Part shown: one piece after another, positions 1-8,833 of the stretch | Layout of the letters: every line of letters begins with the position of its first letter | How positions within the stretch are numbered: the first letter of the stretch is position 1 | DNA from: a virus | Taxonomy: Duplodnaviria; Caudoviricetes | Direction: 5' to 3' (one strand) | Length of the DNA stretch: 28,175 nt | Virus record (IMG/VR): IMGVR_UViG_3300017910_000554 | Span: 1 to 28,175 of that record | Position numbers and translations under genes: made by a program | Notes under the pieces: generated by a model | The model's input: the letters and a program-made list of their open reading frames with translations, nothing else | Databases searched by the model: none | What the model was told of the DNA's origin: nothing

Positions 1-45
1 ACCCTCGTCAGCTTTTATTTCTTCTTTTAATGCTTCTAAGTCCAT
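1..45 (-). CDS. Endolysin (T4-type/GH24 lysozyme), N-terminal 15 codons only; truncated by window edge
   Basis: Manual translation from ATG at 45 gives MDLEALKEEIKADEG, typical of phage lysozyme N-termini with the catalytic Glu in DEG. TAATG overlap with the upstream gene. Confidence 0.7.
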   Translation of the reverse strand, partial: MDLEALKEEIKADEG

Positions 46-233
46 TATCCTAAAACCTTTACAATCATAGTTATAAATTGTGATGCAACCATAAACCCAA
101 TAGTCATTAATACATAATTCAATCTTTTAACATCTTTTTGTAAATGATAAATATGATTTGTTTCTAATTGCTCAATCTTATTATAAATATTGACAATATG
201 TTCTTTTGTTGTTTTTGGTTCTATTTTTGCCAT
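45..233 (-). CDS. Small membrane protein, holin/XhlA-like (coiled coil plus C-terminal TM helix)
   Basis: 62 aa with hydrophobic C-terminus (YVLMTIGFMVASQFITMIV). GAGG RBS. Directly upstream of the lysozyme. Confidence 0.6.
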   Translation of the reverse strand: MAKIEPKTTKEHIVNIYNKIEQLETNHIYHLQKDVKRLNYVLMTIGFMVASQFITMIVKVLG

Positions 234-335
234 TTAAACCTCGTCAAAAGTGTGCTGACCTAGCCAATAACAAATCAACACACTTTTGTCATCATCATAA
301 CTCATAATGAGTCACACGTGGTGAATTTGCACCAC
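234..335 (-). ncRNA. Candidate structured RNA / 5' leader of the lysis genes (three hairpins)
   Basis: Minus-strand stems: GUGGUG/CACCAC (335-318), GUGACUCA/UGAGUUAU (315-297), and long stem CAAAAGUGUGUUGA/UCAGCACACUUUUG (288-245). Plus-strand A-C mismatches become G-U pairs on the minus strand. Confidence 0.55.
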
Positions 336-341
336 TTAATT

Positions 342-370
342 AATATAATTTTTTTTTTAATACAAATCAA
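342..370 (-). promoter_or_regulatory. Sigma70-like promoter
   Basis: TTGATT (370-365), 17-nt spacer, TATATT (347-342), then AATTAA. Predicted start at G335, the first base of hairpin 1. Confidence 0.65.
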
Positions 371-567
371 TATAATCTAACTTTTTCGTTAACTTCGACC
401 ATTTTACAATAACAAGAATATTGTTTAAATTCCTCACCAATTTTTATAGATTTTTGTTCTGATAAGAATTTTGAAAAATATAAACAATTATTCATATTAC
501 TGAAAAAAGCAGTTCCATTTTGAGGAAATCCGTCTAAAAAGCACAATATCGCAAACGCAATTTTCAT
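367..567 (-). CDS. Small Cys-containing hypothetical protein (lysis region)
   Basis: 66 aa with hydrophobic N-terminus and 4 Cys including CYC. ATGA overlap with the upstream gene. Confidence 0.6.
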   Translation of the reverse strand: MKIAFAILCFLDGFPQNGTAFFSNMNNCLYFSKFLSEQKSIKIGEEFKQYSCYCKMVEVNEKVRLY

Positions 568-917
568 TTTCCATTTTTGCTCATATAGGCTGTTGTTCCC
601 ATATAAGTTCCCACAATGCCTGCCCCTGAAATATAAAATAAATTTGATATATCGCTTAAAGCATTAACTCTATCTATCGGCACAAAAAACATGGCAACAG
701 TAAATACACCCATACCAATTAATGTGTATCTTGCCATTCTTAATTGTGCTAAATTTTTTCTTAATTTTGTTTCAGTTTCTTTTATTTCTTTGACGTGGCT
801 TAATTCTGCGTCTGATATAATGCCATCTCCGTCCGTATCATATTCTTTATAAACACTATCTTTTTGAAATTTTTTTTGTGCCATATCTAAAACTTTAACA
901 AATAATATCCCTGTCAT
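564..917 (-). CDS. EF-hand-containing two-TM membrane protein (holin-like); start may be 884
   Basis: Canonical EF-hand loop DTDGDGIISDAE followed by two hydrophobic segments (YTLIGMGVFTVAMFFV; LFYISGAGIVGTYMG). Confidence 0.65.
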   Translation of the reverse strand: MTGILFVKVLDMAQKKFQKDSVYKEYDTDGDGIISDAELSHVKEIKETETKLRKNLAQLRMARYTLIGMGVFTVAMFFVPIDRVNALSDISNLFYISGAGIVGTYMGTTAYMSKNGK

Positions 918-926
918 AAAGGTTTT

Positions 927-1379
927 TTAAAGATTACCTTTTAAATACATAGCCCAATAATATATACCTAACCCACCAAAAACAATAATAAATATTGATA
1001 AACAAGCCTTAATAATTATATCTCTTTGTCTTGCTTGTTCTTCTAATTGTTTTTTATGTTCGGCTCTTGCCCTTGCAATCGTTGCTTGTAATCTTTCCCA
1101 TTGACCAGGAGAACCATACAATTGGAACATTGACCGCAATTCGTCTTTTAATCTTTTTTGTTCTTCTTCTTTGAAATGTTGTTCGATAGCATTGTCCATG
1201 ACCCCACCGAATATGCCTTTTTTCTTTCTTTCTTTAGCAAAACCTAATTCAGCTTCGCCCTGAGCATATTTTTGAATTGCAGATTGTGCTGAGTTTAAAT
1301 CTCGACCCATTTCAACACATTTTTTAATAGCCGCATGTGCTGAAGTAATAAGTCCAAATGCTGAAACGGGATCAATCAA
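927..1379 (-). CDS. Hypothetical coiled-coil protein with C-terminal TM anchor
   Basis: 150 aa, TTG start, helical charged middle, C-terminal TM (ACLSIFIIVFGGLGIYYWAMYL). Confidence 0.7.
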   Translation of the reverse strand: MIDPVSAFGLITSAHAAIKKCVEMGRDLNSAQSAIQKYAQGEAELGFAKERKKKGIFGGVMDNAIEQHFKEEEQKRLKDELRSMFQLYGSPGQWERLQATIARARAEHKKQLEEQARQRDIIIKACLSIFIIVFGGLGIYYWAMYLKGNL

Positions 1380-1382
1380 TAA

Positions 1383-1931
1383 TTATTCCTCTGGAAAATC
1401 ATATATAGGCGGGTTTCCTGTAGGGTTCCCGTCTTTATCTGTTGGTGTATCAAATAACTTTTTAAAAGCAGTTAAATTAGAACAAGCATTTATTTTTGTT
1501 TCAATACTATCACAGGCAGTTCTAACTTTATCTCTAAATACAGTTGTTTCCGTTTTAATTTCTGTTCCCTTTTCTGCTTTTCTAGTTATTTCCCAATCTG
1601 TATTAGCAAGTAAAGTATTTGCCTGTTTTTTAGTTATATTTATCCAGATAGTTTTTAAACCCTGAACTATAATTTGTTTTCCGTTCTCGTCCGTAAGTTT
1701 TTTCCCGCTTTCATCTGTAGCATCTTCGTCATCTAATTTTTTGGCTACTCCTTTTGACCAATAAAAACGATTATCAAATGAATTATCAACATCATCAGTC
1801 CATGCTATATCCCAAGTTTTTTTATCTTCGTCACTCCATGCTGATTCCCAATTTGAGGGGTGTTTAAAACCATTCTTATCTGTCCATGAACTCCCTACAT
1901 TGATTTGATTGCCATTATGTTTCCACACCAT
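1383..1931 (-). CDS. Putative tail fibre assembly/chaperone protein
   Basis: Follows the fibre genes. LLANTDW...RDKVR motif resembles tail fibre assembly proteins. AGGAG RBS. Confidence 0.55.
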   Translation of the reverse strand: MVWKHNGNQINVGSSWTDKNGFKHPSNWESAWSDEDKKTWDIAWTDDVDNSFDNRFYWSKGVAKKLDDEDATDESGKKLTDENGKQIIVQGLKTIWINITKKQANTLLANTDWEITRKAEKGTEIKTETTVFRDKVRTACDSIETKINACSNLTAFKKLFDTPTDKDGNPTGNPPIYDFPEE

Positions 1932-1951
1932 TATTTTCTCCTATCTATTAT

Positions 1952-4465
1952 TCAACGAGCTAAACTATACTTAAAAGGCATTTCGGCAAATGCCATATAA
2001 ACATACGTATGACCACTACCATTCCACTCGGCATTGGTTGTATTTAATTTGAAACCATTACTAAGTAATTGAACAGCATTAACTCCACTGTCTGCTACTT
2101 CGACAACACCTGAGTTTGCAGTTAAATAAGCACCAGTGCCAATCGAATAATTCATTCGCGGTGAACGTGCAGAATCATAAATCCACCACCTGCCTGTTTG
2201 CGATGTTACTTTGCCGAGCAAAAAAGTAGGAGCAAATCCAGTGTAAACGAATGCTCCGTCGGTGCCACTAGAATTGCCAGAATATGTGCCAAATTTAGAA
2301 TATCCCTCTACTTCATGCCAACACCATATAACTTGTGATTTACCACTTAAATTTGCATTACCTGCTACACCAATAGTTGTGCTACTAACAGAAGTTATTT
2401 GGTCGCTAGTTGCAACAGCATCAGTAAGATTTAATTTTAAAAAAGTTCCTAAAGATATTCCTTTATGCCAAACAACACGATTTGAACCAGAGCTATCTCT
2501 TGGAGTGGCTATTATCCAATCTGGACTTTGTGATAATCCATGAGCAATAGTATCTGTTCCTCCAGTTCCACTATAAGTAATAATACTAAAACCAGCAGTC
2601 GTGTTTGCTTGATATGTGCTATCTTCTGAACCAACACTTGTATAACTTGCATCGTTTGTGGTCGTAGTTCCACCATTTGCTTTCCAATTCCAAGCCACAT
2701 AAGTTCCACCATTATAATTTAATAAATCACCCGCAGAACCGTCTGTAGTAGTATTGAATCCGTCTGAAGTAAATCCATTAAATACGTCATGTGTGCTTTC
2801 TACTGATGTATTATTTGAAAAGATACCTTTATCATTACCTCTTGAACTGTCATAAAGTCTATGGCTAAAAGCCTGATTTCTTGCCTTGTTCCACATAAGG
2901 TCTGCTTGGAAATTAAATCCACTTATTGTTCTTGTAGAATCTGAGTTGCCTGTATATAAAAATGCTTCAAAATGATCATTAGCTTGTTCATCTGAATTAG
3001 GACCCAATGTTGACTCACTTAAATTAGAACTACAAAGAGCTAAATAACCTGAGGGAACTGCATATTTAAAATCCCCAACATTTTTACCATCTGCATTGCC
3101 TCCTGCACTAACAGCACCATTAAAAGTAGAATCTTGTCCAAAATTGAAAGTAACATCAAATGAACTTATAGTCCCTCCATTAGCTCCTCCCGCCGCAAAA
3201 TAAGTAAATGATGTATCTATACCTGTCACAGCAGTTCCTAAAGAAGAACCATTTTTATAAATTATCCAAGTGCCATTTTCTAAATCTAAAGCATGACCTA
3301 AAATATCACCACTGGTATGTGCTGAACCAAAAGCAGAAGTAGAATTATTATGCCTTATACCATGAGTACCACCACTATTAACTTGAGTATAACCATATCC
3401 AGATAATGTAGCAGAACTTCCATTACCTAAAGATTGACCATAAGTTCCATCATCTACAGATTTACTTATTGTTGAATATGGTGCAAAACCTACATTCCAA
3501 TCCCTAGCATCAGCAGGTGTTCCACCACCACTAAGTCTTGTTTCCCAATACCATTTACCACCTTTCATTCCAAAATTACAAACTACTCCAGCATCATAAT
3601 TACTAGGGGATAGAGTGCTACCATCAAAAAATAAGTTTCCTTGAGAAGCAGCAACTGTTGATGTAAGACTTTGTGCCTGAAAGTTTATAGTGCAAAAATT
3701 ATTCTCAGGAGTATCTTTTACCACATCTGAAGCCGCTAAATTTGTAACTGCAAAATGTTTATTATTACCTGATGTGTCAGCACCTATACCGCTTGAGTTT
3801 TGTGAAGTCCCCGTTTGTAAATATTGCAATCTATGCCCATTTGTGCCATAGGTTAAACCAGAAATATCTATTGGAATAAATACTCCCTCTTTAAATTCTC
3901 CAAAACTTGTGCCTGCTAATTGTGCACCGTCTATTTGCACACATTCGGCTAAATATCCGTCAAAATATAAACTAGATGTTTCTCGCCTACCCCAATATAT
4001 TTTGCCATTATTCGCCTTTATATCTGCATCTTGGCTTGGATTATTTGTTGTTGAAAAAGATGTTTCTTGAACTCCATTTACATAAATTTTAATTCTATCG
4101 TTTGCAGTGCTTTGTGATGAATCAAAAGCAACAACTATATGATACCAAGCCGCTGTATCTTTAAATACTCTATTTGTTGTTCTCATAGCAGTATCGCCTA
4201 TTTGCACATTTAATGTATTGCCAGATAAAAAACCTATTTGATTTCTATTTGTTCCGCTTCCGTCATAACAAGACCACATTCGCATATCATCAGATAAATC
4301 GCCTCTTTTACACCAAAAAGCGATTGTTGCTTTGGTTGTTGAGCCACCTGATAAACTGGAAAGTGATAAGTCTGGACTATCGGATTGTTCAAACCTTAAT
4401 GACCGAGTCACCTGATCATTATAAAATCCAGTAACAGCACCAAACCATTTTTCATTTGCTACCAT
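1952..4465 (-). CDS. Virion receptor-binding protein with LamG/concanavalin-A and SPRY-like domains
   Basis: LamG motifs (TIAFW, WYHIVVAFD, IKIYVNG, FDGYLAE), SPRY motifs (GKWYWE, GDILGHALDL, FNFGQ), and C-terminal YTGN/YSGT repeats. Located in the tail region. Confidence 0.75.
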   Translation of the reverse strand: MVANEKWFGAVTGFYNDQVTRSLRFEQSDSPDLSLSSLSGGSTTKATIAFWCKRGDLSDDMRMWSCYDGSGTNRNQIGFLSGNTLNVQIGDTAMRTTNRVFKDTAAWYHIVVAFDSSQSTANDRIKIYVNGVQETSFSTTNNPSQDADIKANNGKIYWGRRETSSLYFDGYLAECVQIDGAQLAGTSFGEFKEGVFIPIDISGLTYGTNGHRLQYLQTGTSQNSSGIGADTSGNNKHFAVTNLAASDVVKDTPENNFCTINFQAQSLTSTVAASQGNLFFDGSTLSPSNYDAGVVCNFGMKGGKWYWETRLSGGGTPADARDWNVGFAPYSTISKSVDDGTYGQSLGNGSSATLSGYGYTQVNSGGTHGIRHNNSTSAFGSAHTSGDILGHALDLENGTWIIYKNGSSLGTAVTGIDTSFTYFAAGGANGGTISSFDVTFNFGQDSTFNGAVSAGGNADGKNVGDFKYAVPSGYLALCSSNLSESTLGPNSDEQANDHFEAFLYTGNSDSTRTISGFNFQADLMWNKARNQAFSHRLYDSSRGNDKGIFSNNTSVESTHDVFNGFTSDGFNTTTDGSAGDLLNYNGGTYVAWNWKANGGTTTTNDASYTSVGSEDSTYQANTTAGFSIITYSGTGGTDTIAHGLSQSPDWIIATPRDSSGSNRVVWHKGISLGTFLKLNLTDAVATSDQITSVSSTTIGVAGNANLSGKSQVIWCWHEVEGYSKFGTYSGNSSGTDGAFVYTGFAPTFLLGKVTSQTGRWWIYDSARSPRMNYSIGTGAYLTANSGVVEVADSGVNAVQLLSNGFKLNTTNAEWNGSGHTYVYMAFAEMPFKYSLAR

Positions 4466-5490
4466 TAACTAAAAGCCAACTGAGGTGTGCCAAGCAATAT
4501 TGAATTATCTGCTTTTATTAAATAGGGAACGACATCATAAGCAGAATTCGTGCTTGAAAGTGTTAATCCTCCACCACCTACTGTTTCATAATCACCATGT
4601 AAACTCACCGTTCCAGCAGAACTAGAACTTGGTTGAATAAACACTATTATGCCACTTTGCCCTACATTTCCAGCCTCTGTGCTTGGTTGTGCTAGTGTGT
4701 TCGTGCCTGACCCCAAAGTTAAAATAAAATTTTGGTTTGTATCAAAATCTAGGGTTTTACTTGTAGAAATAGTAGCAGTTTCTGTTTTGGGAATACTAAC
4801 TTTATTTGACAATGTGCCAGTAGATACCAAAGAAACTAATGTTGAGTCTGCCCCATCAGGTAAAAGTAATTCGTTTGTTACACCAGCCGAATGTGGTTGA
4901 GATTTTACTATTTGACCATGACTATTATTTTCACAATTAAATTGAATAGCACCAGCATTAGTGTTCCCCCTTACAGTTACATGACCAGTGCCTTTTGCTT
5001 CTAAATCTAAATCAATATTACTATCGCCACCCGTTGCTTCAAGTTTTGGTGGATTGCCTGTTGCCGCATTTGTAATATCAAATTGATTAACTGCTGATGT
5101 TGTTTTTTGAAAAATAATAAATTCATTCCCACTATCATCATTAATTCCATGTGCATCATCAAATTGTATATTGAAACTATTGGTATCTAAATCTCCACCA
5201 AGCTGAGGTGTTGTATCTCCCACCATATCAGTAGCACTATCTGTAAAATTTACTGTATTTGCAGATGTGTTTATTACTGCAAAATCTATATCATCAGAAC
5301 CATCAAAAAATTTCATAGTTAAAGAATTACTGCCAGAATTAGTTGTGTCTAACCACATAGTTCCTACTGCCGCCCCACTTGGTCTTGATGTTCCAGAGTG
5401 CATTGTATTTAATGCTGTAAAAGCATTATTTAAATCTGTCCTAAAACTAGGAAAAGATTGATTTGCAATATTCATATCGTGTTGTGCCAT
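4465..5490 (-). CDS. Tail fibre protein
   Basis: G/S/T/N-rich. N-terminal MAQHDMNIANQSFPSFRTDLN anchor and DTTPQLGGDLDTN motif as seen in marine phage fibres. Follows the tail tip gene. Confidence 0.7.
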   Translation of the reverse strand: MAQHDMNIANQSFPSFRTDLNNAFTALNTMHSGTSRPSGAAVGTMWLDTTNSGSNSLTMKFFDGSDDIDFAVINTSANTVNFTDSATDMVGDTTPQLGGDLDTNSFNIQFDDAHGINDDSGNEFIIFQKTTSAVNQFDITNAATGNPPKLEATGGDSNIDLDLEAKGTGHVTVRGNTNAGAIQFNCENNSHGQIVKSQPHSAGVTNELLLPDGADSTLVSLVSTGTLSNKVSIPKTETATISTSKTLDFDTNQNFILTLGSGTNTLAQPSTEAGNVGQSGIIVFIQPSSSSAGTVSLHGDYETVGGGGLTLSSTNSAYDVVPYLIKADNSILLGTPQLAFS

Positions 5491-5507
5491 ATGTTTTTAT
5501 ACTCCCT

Positions 5508-8393
5508 CTAAAATCCTTTTGCAATAAAATCAAAAGTTTTTGAAACCCCTGAGTTTGAACTATTAAAAAATGCAACATCAAACCCAGTTATTGCTTTATT
5601 CGTTACGGTAAAATAATCACCTGTTGCCATACCCTGTGCTGTTATCCCTACAGCATAATTAACAGTTTTAAATGGTTTTGTAAATGTAATTGATTTTGTT
5701 GATGTTCCAGAAACAATGTCATTATCGCTAAATATTCTATCTTGCATATCAAGACTCACTGAAACCTCAGAAACAACAGGTGTGCTTGCACCATCTCTTG
5801 AAATTAACACTACTCTAAATTTGTAATATCTTGCTTCATACTCTCCAATAACAAAACCTCTAAAATCTGTAAACGTGCTATTATCATCACTTGTTGCTAT
5901 TTCTAAATGTGCATTACAATTAGCAGGAGTATCTCCGTCAAAATTTGAACTAGCATCATCAAAATCACCACTTCTGTTATCAAATAAATCATCTGGATTA
6001 TCAGAAGTTTGTGTTAATGATGCAGTAACCCGTGTTGTATGTTTTGCCCCTATATCTATTACACTAGCAAACTCATAATTCCCACTAGATAAAAAATCAG
6101 CATTGCTTGCCCCAGAATCAAAAAACCTAGTGGTGTTCGTATCAAAATCTCCACTTGCAGAATCAAATAATTCTGAGCTATCTAACTCTATAGCATTATC
6201 AGATATCACAACATTTGTTAAGGTTCCGCTAAATGACGGGTGTTCGGATTGAGTTGCTACTGAATTAAAATTAAGCGGACTTGTAACATTTGAAATTATC
6301 GCAGTAGCATTAGAACTAAAATTACCTAGTTTATCTACTGCCTTTATTAAATAGGTTCCTTGCCTGACAGGAACTGATATTGATGTAGCGGGTCTTGATA
6401 TTTTTTCAACCAATGCAACTGAATTTTGCCAATCTGCGGTTCCGTCTATTGCTTCTGAAAATCTTAAATTATAAAAGGCTAAATCTAAATCGGTTACAGC
6501 CTCCCATGACAAATGGGCTTCTTGTCCAGATACATTACAAGAAAAATCTGTAACATCTGAGGGTGGTGCTATTGCCCCTACTATTGTTCTTTGTGCTGAA
6601 ACATATGTTGATGAAATGCCAACTGTATTTACTGCCTTAACTCTCACATCATAAGTGGATTGATCTATTACATTTAAAACTCTATGGTTTAATCCCGAGC
6701 CTCGAGCGTAAATTATAAAATCTGAATCTGTGCTTAATTTATATTCTACTTGATAAAAATCAATAAAATTATCTGGGCTTGCCCCTATCGTTATATCTAA
6801 AGCAACAATAACTGTTCCGTCATTATATTCTATTAATTGATCTGACAAAGTAACACTTGCAGGTGGTTGAACTGAAAATACGTTGGGTAATGTTGTTGTA
6901 GGTATACTTGCGACTTCGACTTGTGTTCCAAACGTGTAAAAACTATCTTGATGTTCTGAACATTGTAAACTTACTGTATGATCTGGGTTTATAGATAAAC
7001 CTTGTACTCGAAATGCTTTTGCTGAAAAACTTGGTGTGGCATGAGTAATATTGACCAGATCACCAACCGCTAAATCTAGGGCTGTAGCATCTGCTGTGAG
7101 CGATATATCTAAACTAGACCTTGACCGCCTTAAAATAATTTCTGCCATCTCTTGGGCTTGATATGGGCTTGTAAACATAGAAAAATCAAATCTACCCTCT
7201 AAAAGCAAACCGCCATCTGCTGTTTTCATAGTAGAGTGTTGATCTGCAGTTGCTAACCCTGTTTCATCTACAGGCGGAAATTGCACGGTATCAGATTGAT
7301 AATTTTTACTTGGATTAATAAAACTAATAATAACCCTATTATATCTTGAATTTTTATTTTTACTTTGAACAGATATTCCATTTATAATATTATCTTCTGT
7401 TAATGTAATAGAAGCAGAACCCGTTGTTTCGACTAAAATATTATATTTTCCAGCAGAAAAATTTAAATATGCCCTTGCCCCTCGTATAAAATCTTTTACA
7501 TTATCTATGGCTTTTTTCGAAGTATCAACAACAGTATGGCTATCCATTAAATCTATCTGACTTGCACCACTAAAAGGTGTTATATTAGTATCGCAAACAT
7601 CTGCGGCAGTTTGCCAATCTGCAAAATTACTATCGAAATATGAGTTGGATATACCCATGCCAAATCTTTCGTTTCTCAAATAATCTAATAATTGTAATAT
7701 AGGATTATCTGAATACTCCCATGTCGAACTTGTATCGGCTCTGTGACTACCGCTTCCTCCAGTAAGTGTTCCGTCTAAATTTGGATTATATACTTTTTTT
7801 CCCTGAACCACTGCCTGAACTGTTGGTAATGAACCAAATTTATCTTGATTCCATTCAAATCTTAATGCCAAATAAGCAAGTCCTCGTAATCTATGATTTG
7901 ATGTCCAAGAACTTAATGTTGATAATAAACTAGAAGCATTTTGACTATCACTACCAAAATGAGGTTCGCAAGTAATTAAACTCGCACTTGAAAAAAAATT
8001 GGCATCATCACTAGCAACTGTAATTTGGCTGTTATCGGCTATATCACCACTCCATGAAACTGTATTATCATTAATAATAATTGATGAAATATCGTTAATT
8101 TCTCCCTCGCTTAAAACAATAGCCATATAAAGATATTGATTATCGGTTCCAGATGTTTCTAAAAAAACAATATTACCCCCAACCTTTCTGGTGCCATATA
8201 CAATAGGAATATGTGCATTAGCATTTATTTTATTAACTAAAACACCTCTAGCATTTTGTTCTTGTAAATTTTCACCATGATCTGGTATTTCTGGAATAGG
8301 TATAAGCCAACCTATAACATCTTCTACAACATCAACGACAACATCGACAACATCTTCTATTACATCTCCGATTACCTCAAATGGATTACACAT
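5508..8393 (-). CDS. Tail tip / host-specificity protein (lambda gpJ-like, with FN3 domains)
   Basis: 961 aa. IPIVYG, LSEGEI, LRGLAY, SDNPILQLLDYL and LAVGDLV motifs. FN3-like repeats (YDVRVKAVN, YLIKAVD). Confidence 0.85.
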   Translation of the reverse strand: MCNPFEVIGDVIEDVVDVVVDVVEDVIGWLIPIPEIPDHGENLQEQNARGVLVNKINANAHIPIVYGTRKVGGNIVFLETSGTDNQYLYMAIVLSEGEINDISSIIINDNTVSWSGDIADNSQITVASDDANFFSSASLITCEPHFGSDSQNASSLLSTLSSWTSNHRLRGLAYLALRFEWNQDKFGSLPTVQAVVQGKKVYNPNLDGTLTGGSGSHRADTSSTWEYSDNPILQLLDYLRNERFGMGISNSYFDSNFADWQTAADVCDTNITPFSGASQIDLMDSHTVVDTSKKAIDNVKDFIRGARAYLNFSAGKYNILVETTGSASITLTEDNIINGISVQSKNKNSRYNRVIISFINPSKNYQSDTVQFPPVDETGLATADQHSTMKTADGGLLLEGRFDFSMFTSPYQAQEMAEIILRRSRSSLDISLTADATALDLAVGDLVNITHATPSFSAKAFRVQGLSINPDHTVSLQCSEHQDSFYTFGTQVEVASIPTTTLPNVFSVQPPASVTLSDQLIEYNDGTVIVALDITIGASPDNFIDFYQVEYKLSTDSDFIIYARGSGLNHRVLNVIDQSTYDVRVKAVNTVGISSTYVSAQRTIVGAIAPPSDVTDFSCNVSGQEAHLSWEAVTDLDLAFYNLRFSEAIDGTADWQNSVALVEKISRPATSISVPVRQGTYLIKAVDKLGNFSSNATAIISNVTSPLNFNSVATQSEHPSFSGTLTNVVISDNAIELDSSELFDSASGDFDTNTTRFFDSGASNADFLSSGNYEFASVIDIGAKHTTRVTASLTQTSDNPDDLFDNRSGDFDDASSNFDGDTPANCNAHLEIATSDDNSTFTDFRGFVIGEYEARYYKFRVVLISRDGASTPVVSEVSVSLDMQDRIFSDNDIVSGTSTKSITFTKPFKTVNYAVGITAQGMATGDYFTVTNKAITGFDVAFFNSSNSGVSKTFDFIAKGF

Positions 8394-8833
8394 TAATTAT
8401 ATCTCCAATTTGAACCTAAATTTTGAAAACCTAATTTTTTAAACACTGGGTCAATATTTAAACCACTTGTAACAGGTAAATACATTGGTAAATTATCTGA
8501 AACTTTTTTTATGGCTTCAAATAATGCTGTTACTAATTTAAAATTTCTAAAATTCTTCTTTATATAAATTGTGTGAATATGTATGCATTTACTTTTACTA
8601 AACCAATACTCAGTTTTATTAAAAATAGCACAACCTAAATTTTCATCTAAATCTAAATCTTTTAATAAAATAACTTGTCCTTTTGTTAACATAAAACTAA
8701 TAAAATTTGTTAATTTTTGTTCATCTACTTTTGGATAATTTATATTTTTTAAATCTTCATCTTTAAATGTTTTTAATAAATCACATACTATTTCAATATC
8801 TTTTTTTTCTGCATTGTATAAATGTATGCTCAT
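8393..8833 (-). CDS. GNAT-fold acyltransferase within the tail operon
   Basis: GNAT motif A (IYIKKNFRN) and C-terminal FKKLGF. ATG at 8833 overlaps the upstream stop (ATGA). Its own stop overlaps the J start (TAATG). Confidence 0.65.
   Translation of the reverse strand: MSIHLYNAEKKDIEIVCDLLKTFKDEDLKNINYPKVDEQKLTNFISFMLTKGQVILLKDLDLDENLGCAIFNKTEYWFSKSKCIHIHTIYIKKNFRNFKLVTALFEAIKKVSDNLPMYLPVTSGLNIDPVFKKLGFQNLGSNWRYN

Noticed and set aside
245-300. UGAUGA next to a stem, suggesting a hammerhead ribozyme or box C/D motif
   Set aside because: The CUGAUGA core is imperfect, and there is no GAAA or CUGA partner after the stem.
1952-5490. Diversity-generating retroelement or invertible tail-fibre system
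   Set aside because: No reverse transcriptase, invertase or TR/VR repeat pair noticed by eye.
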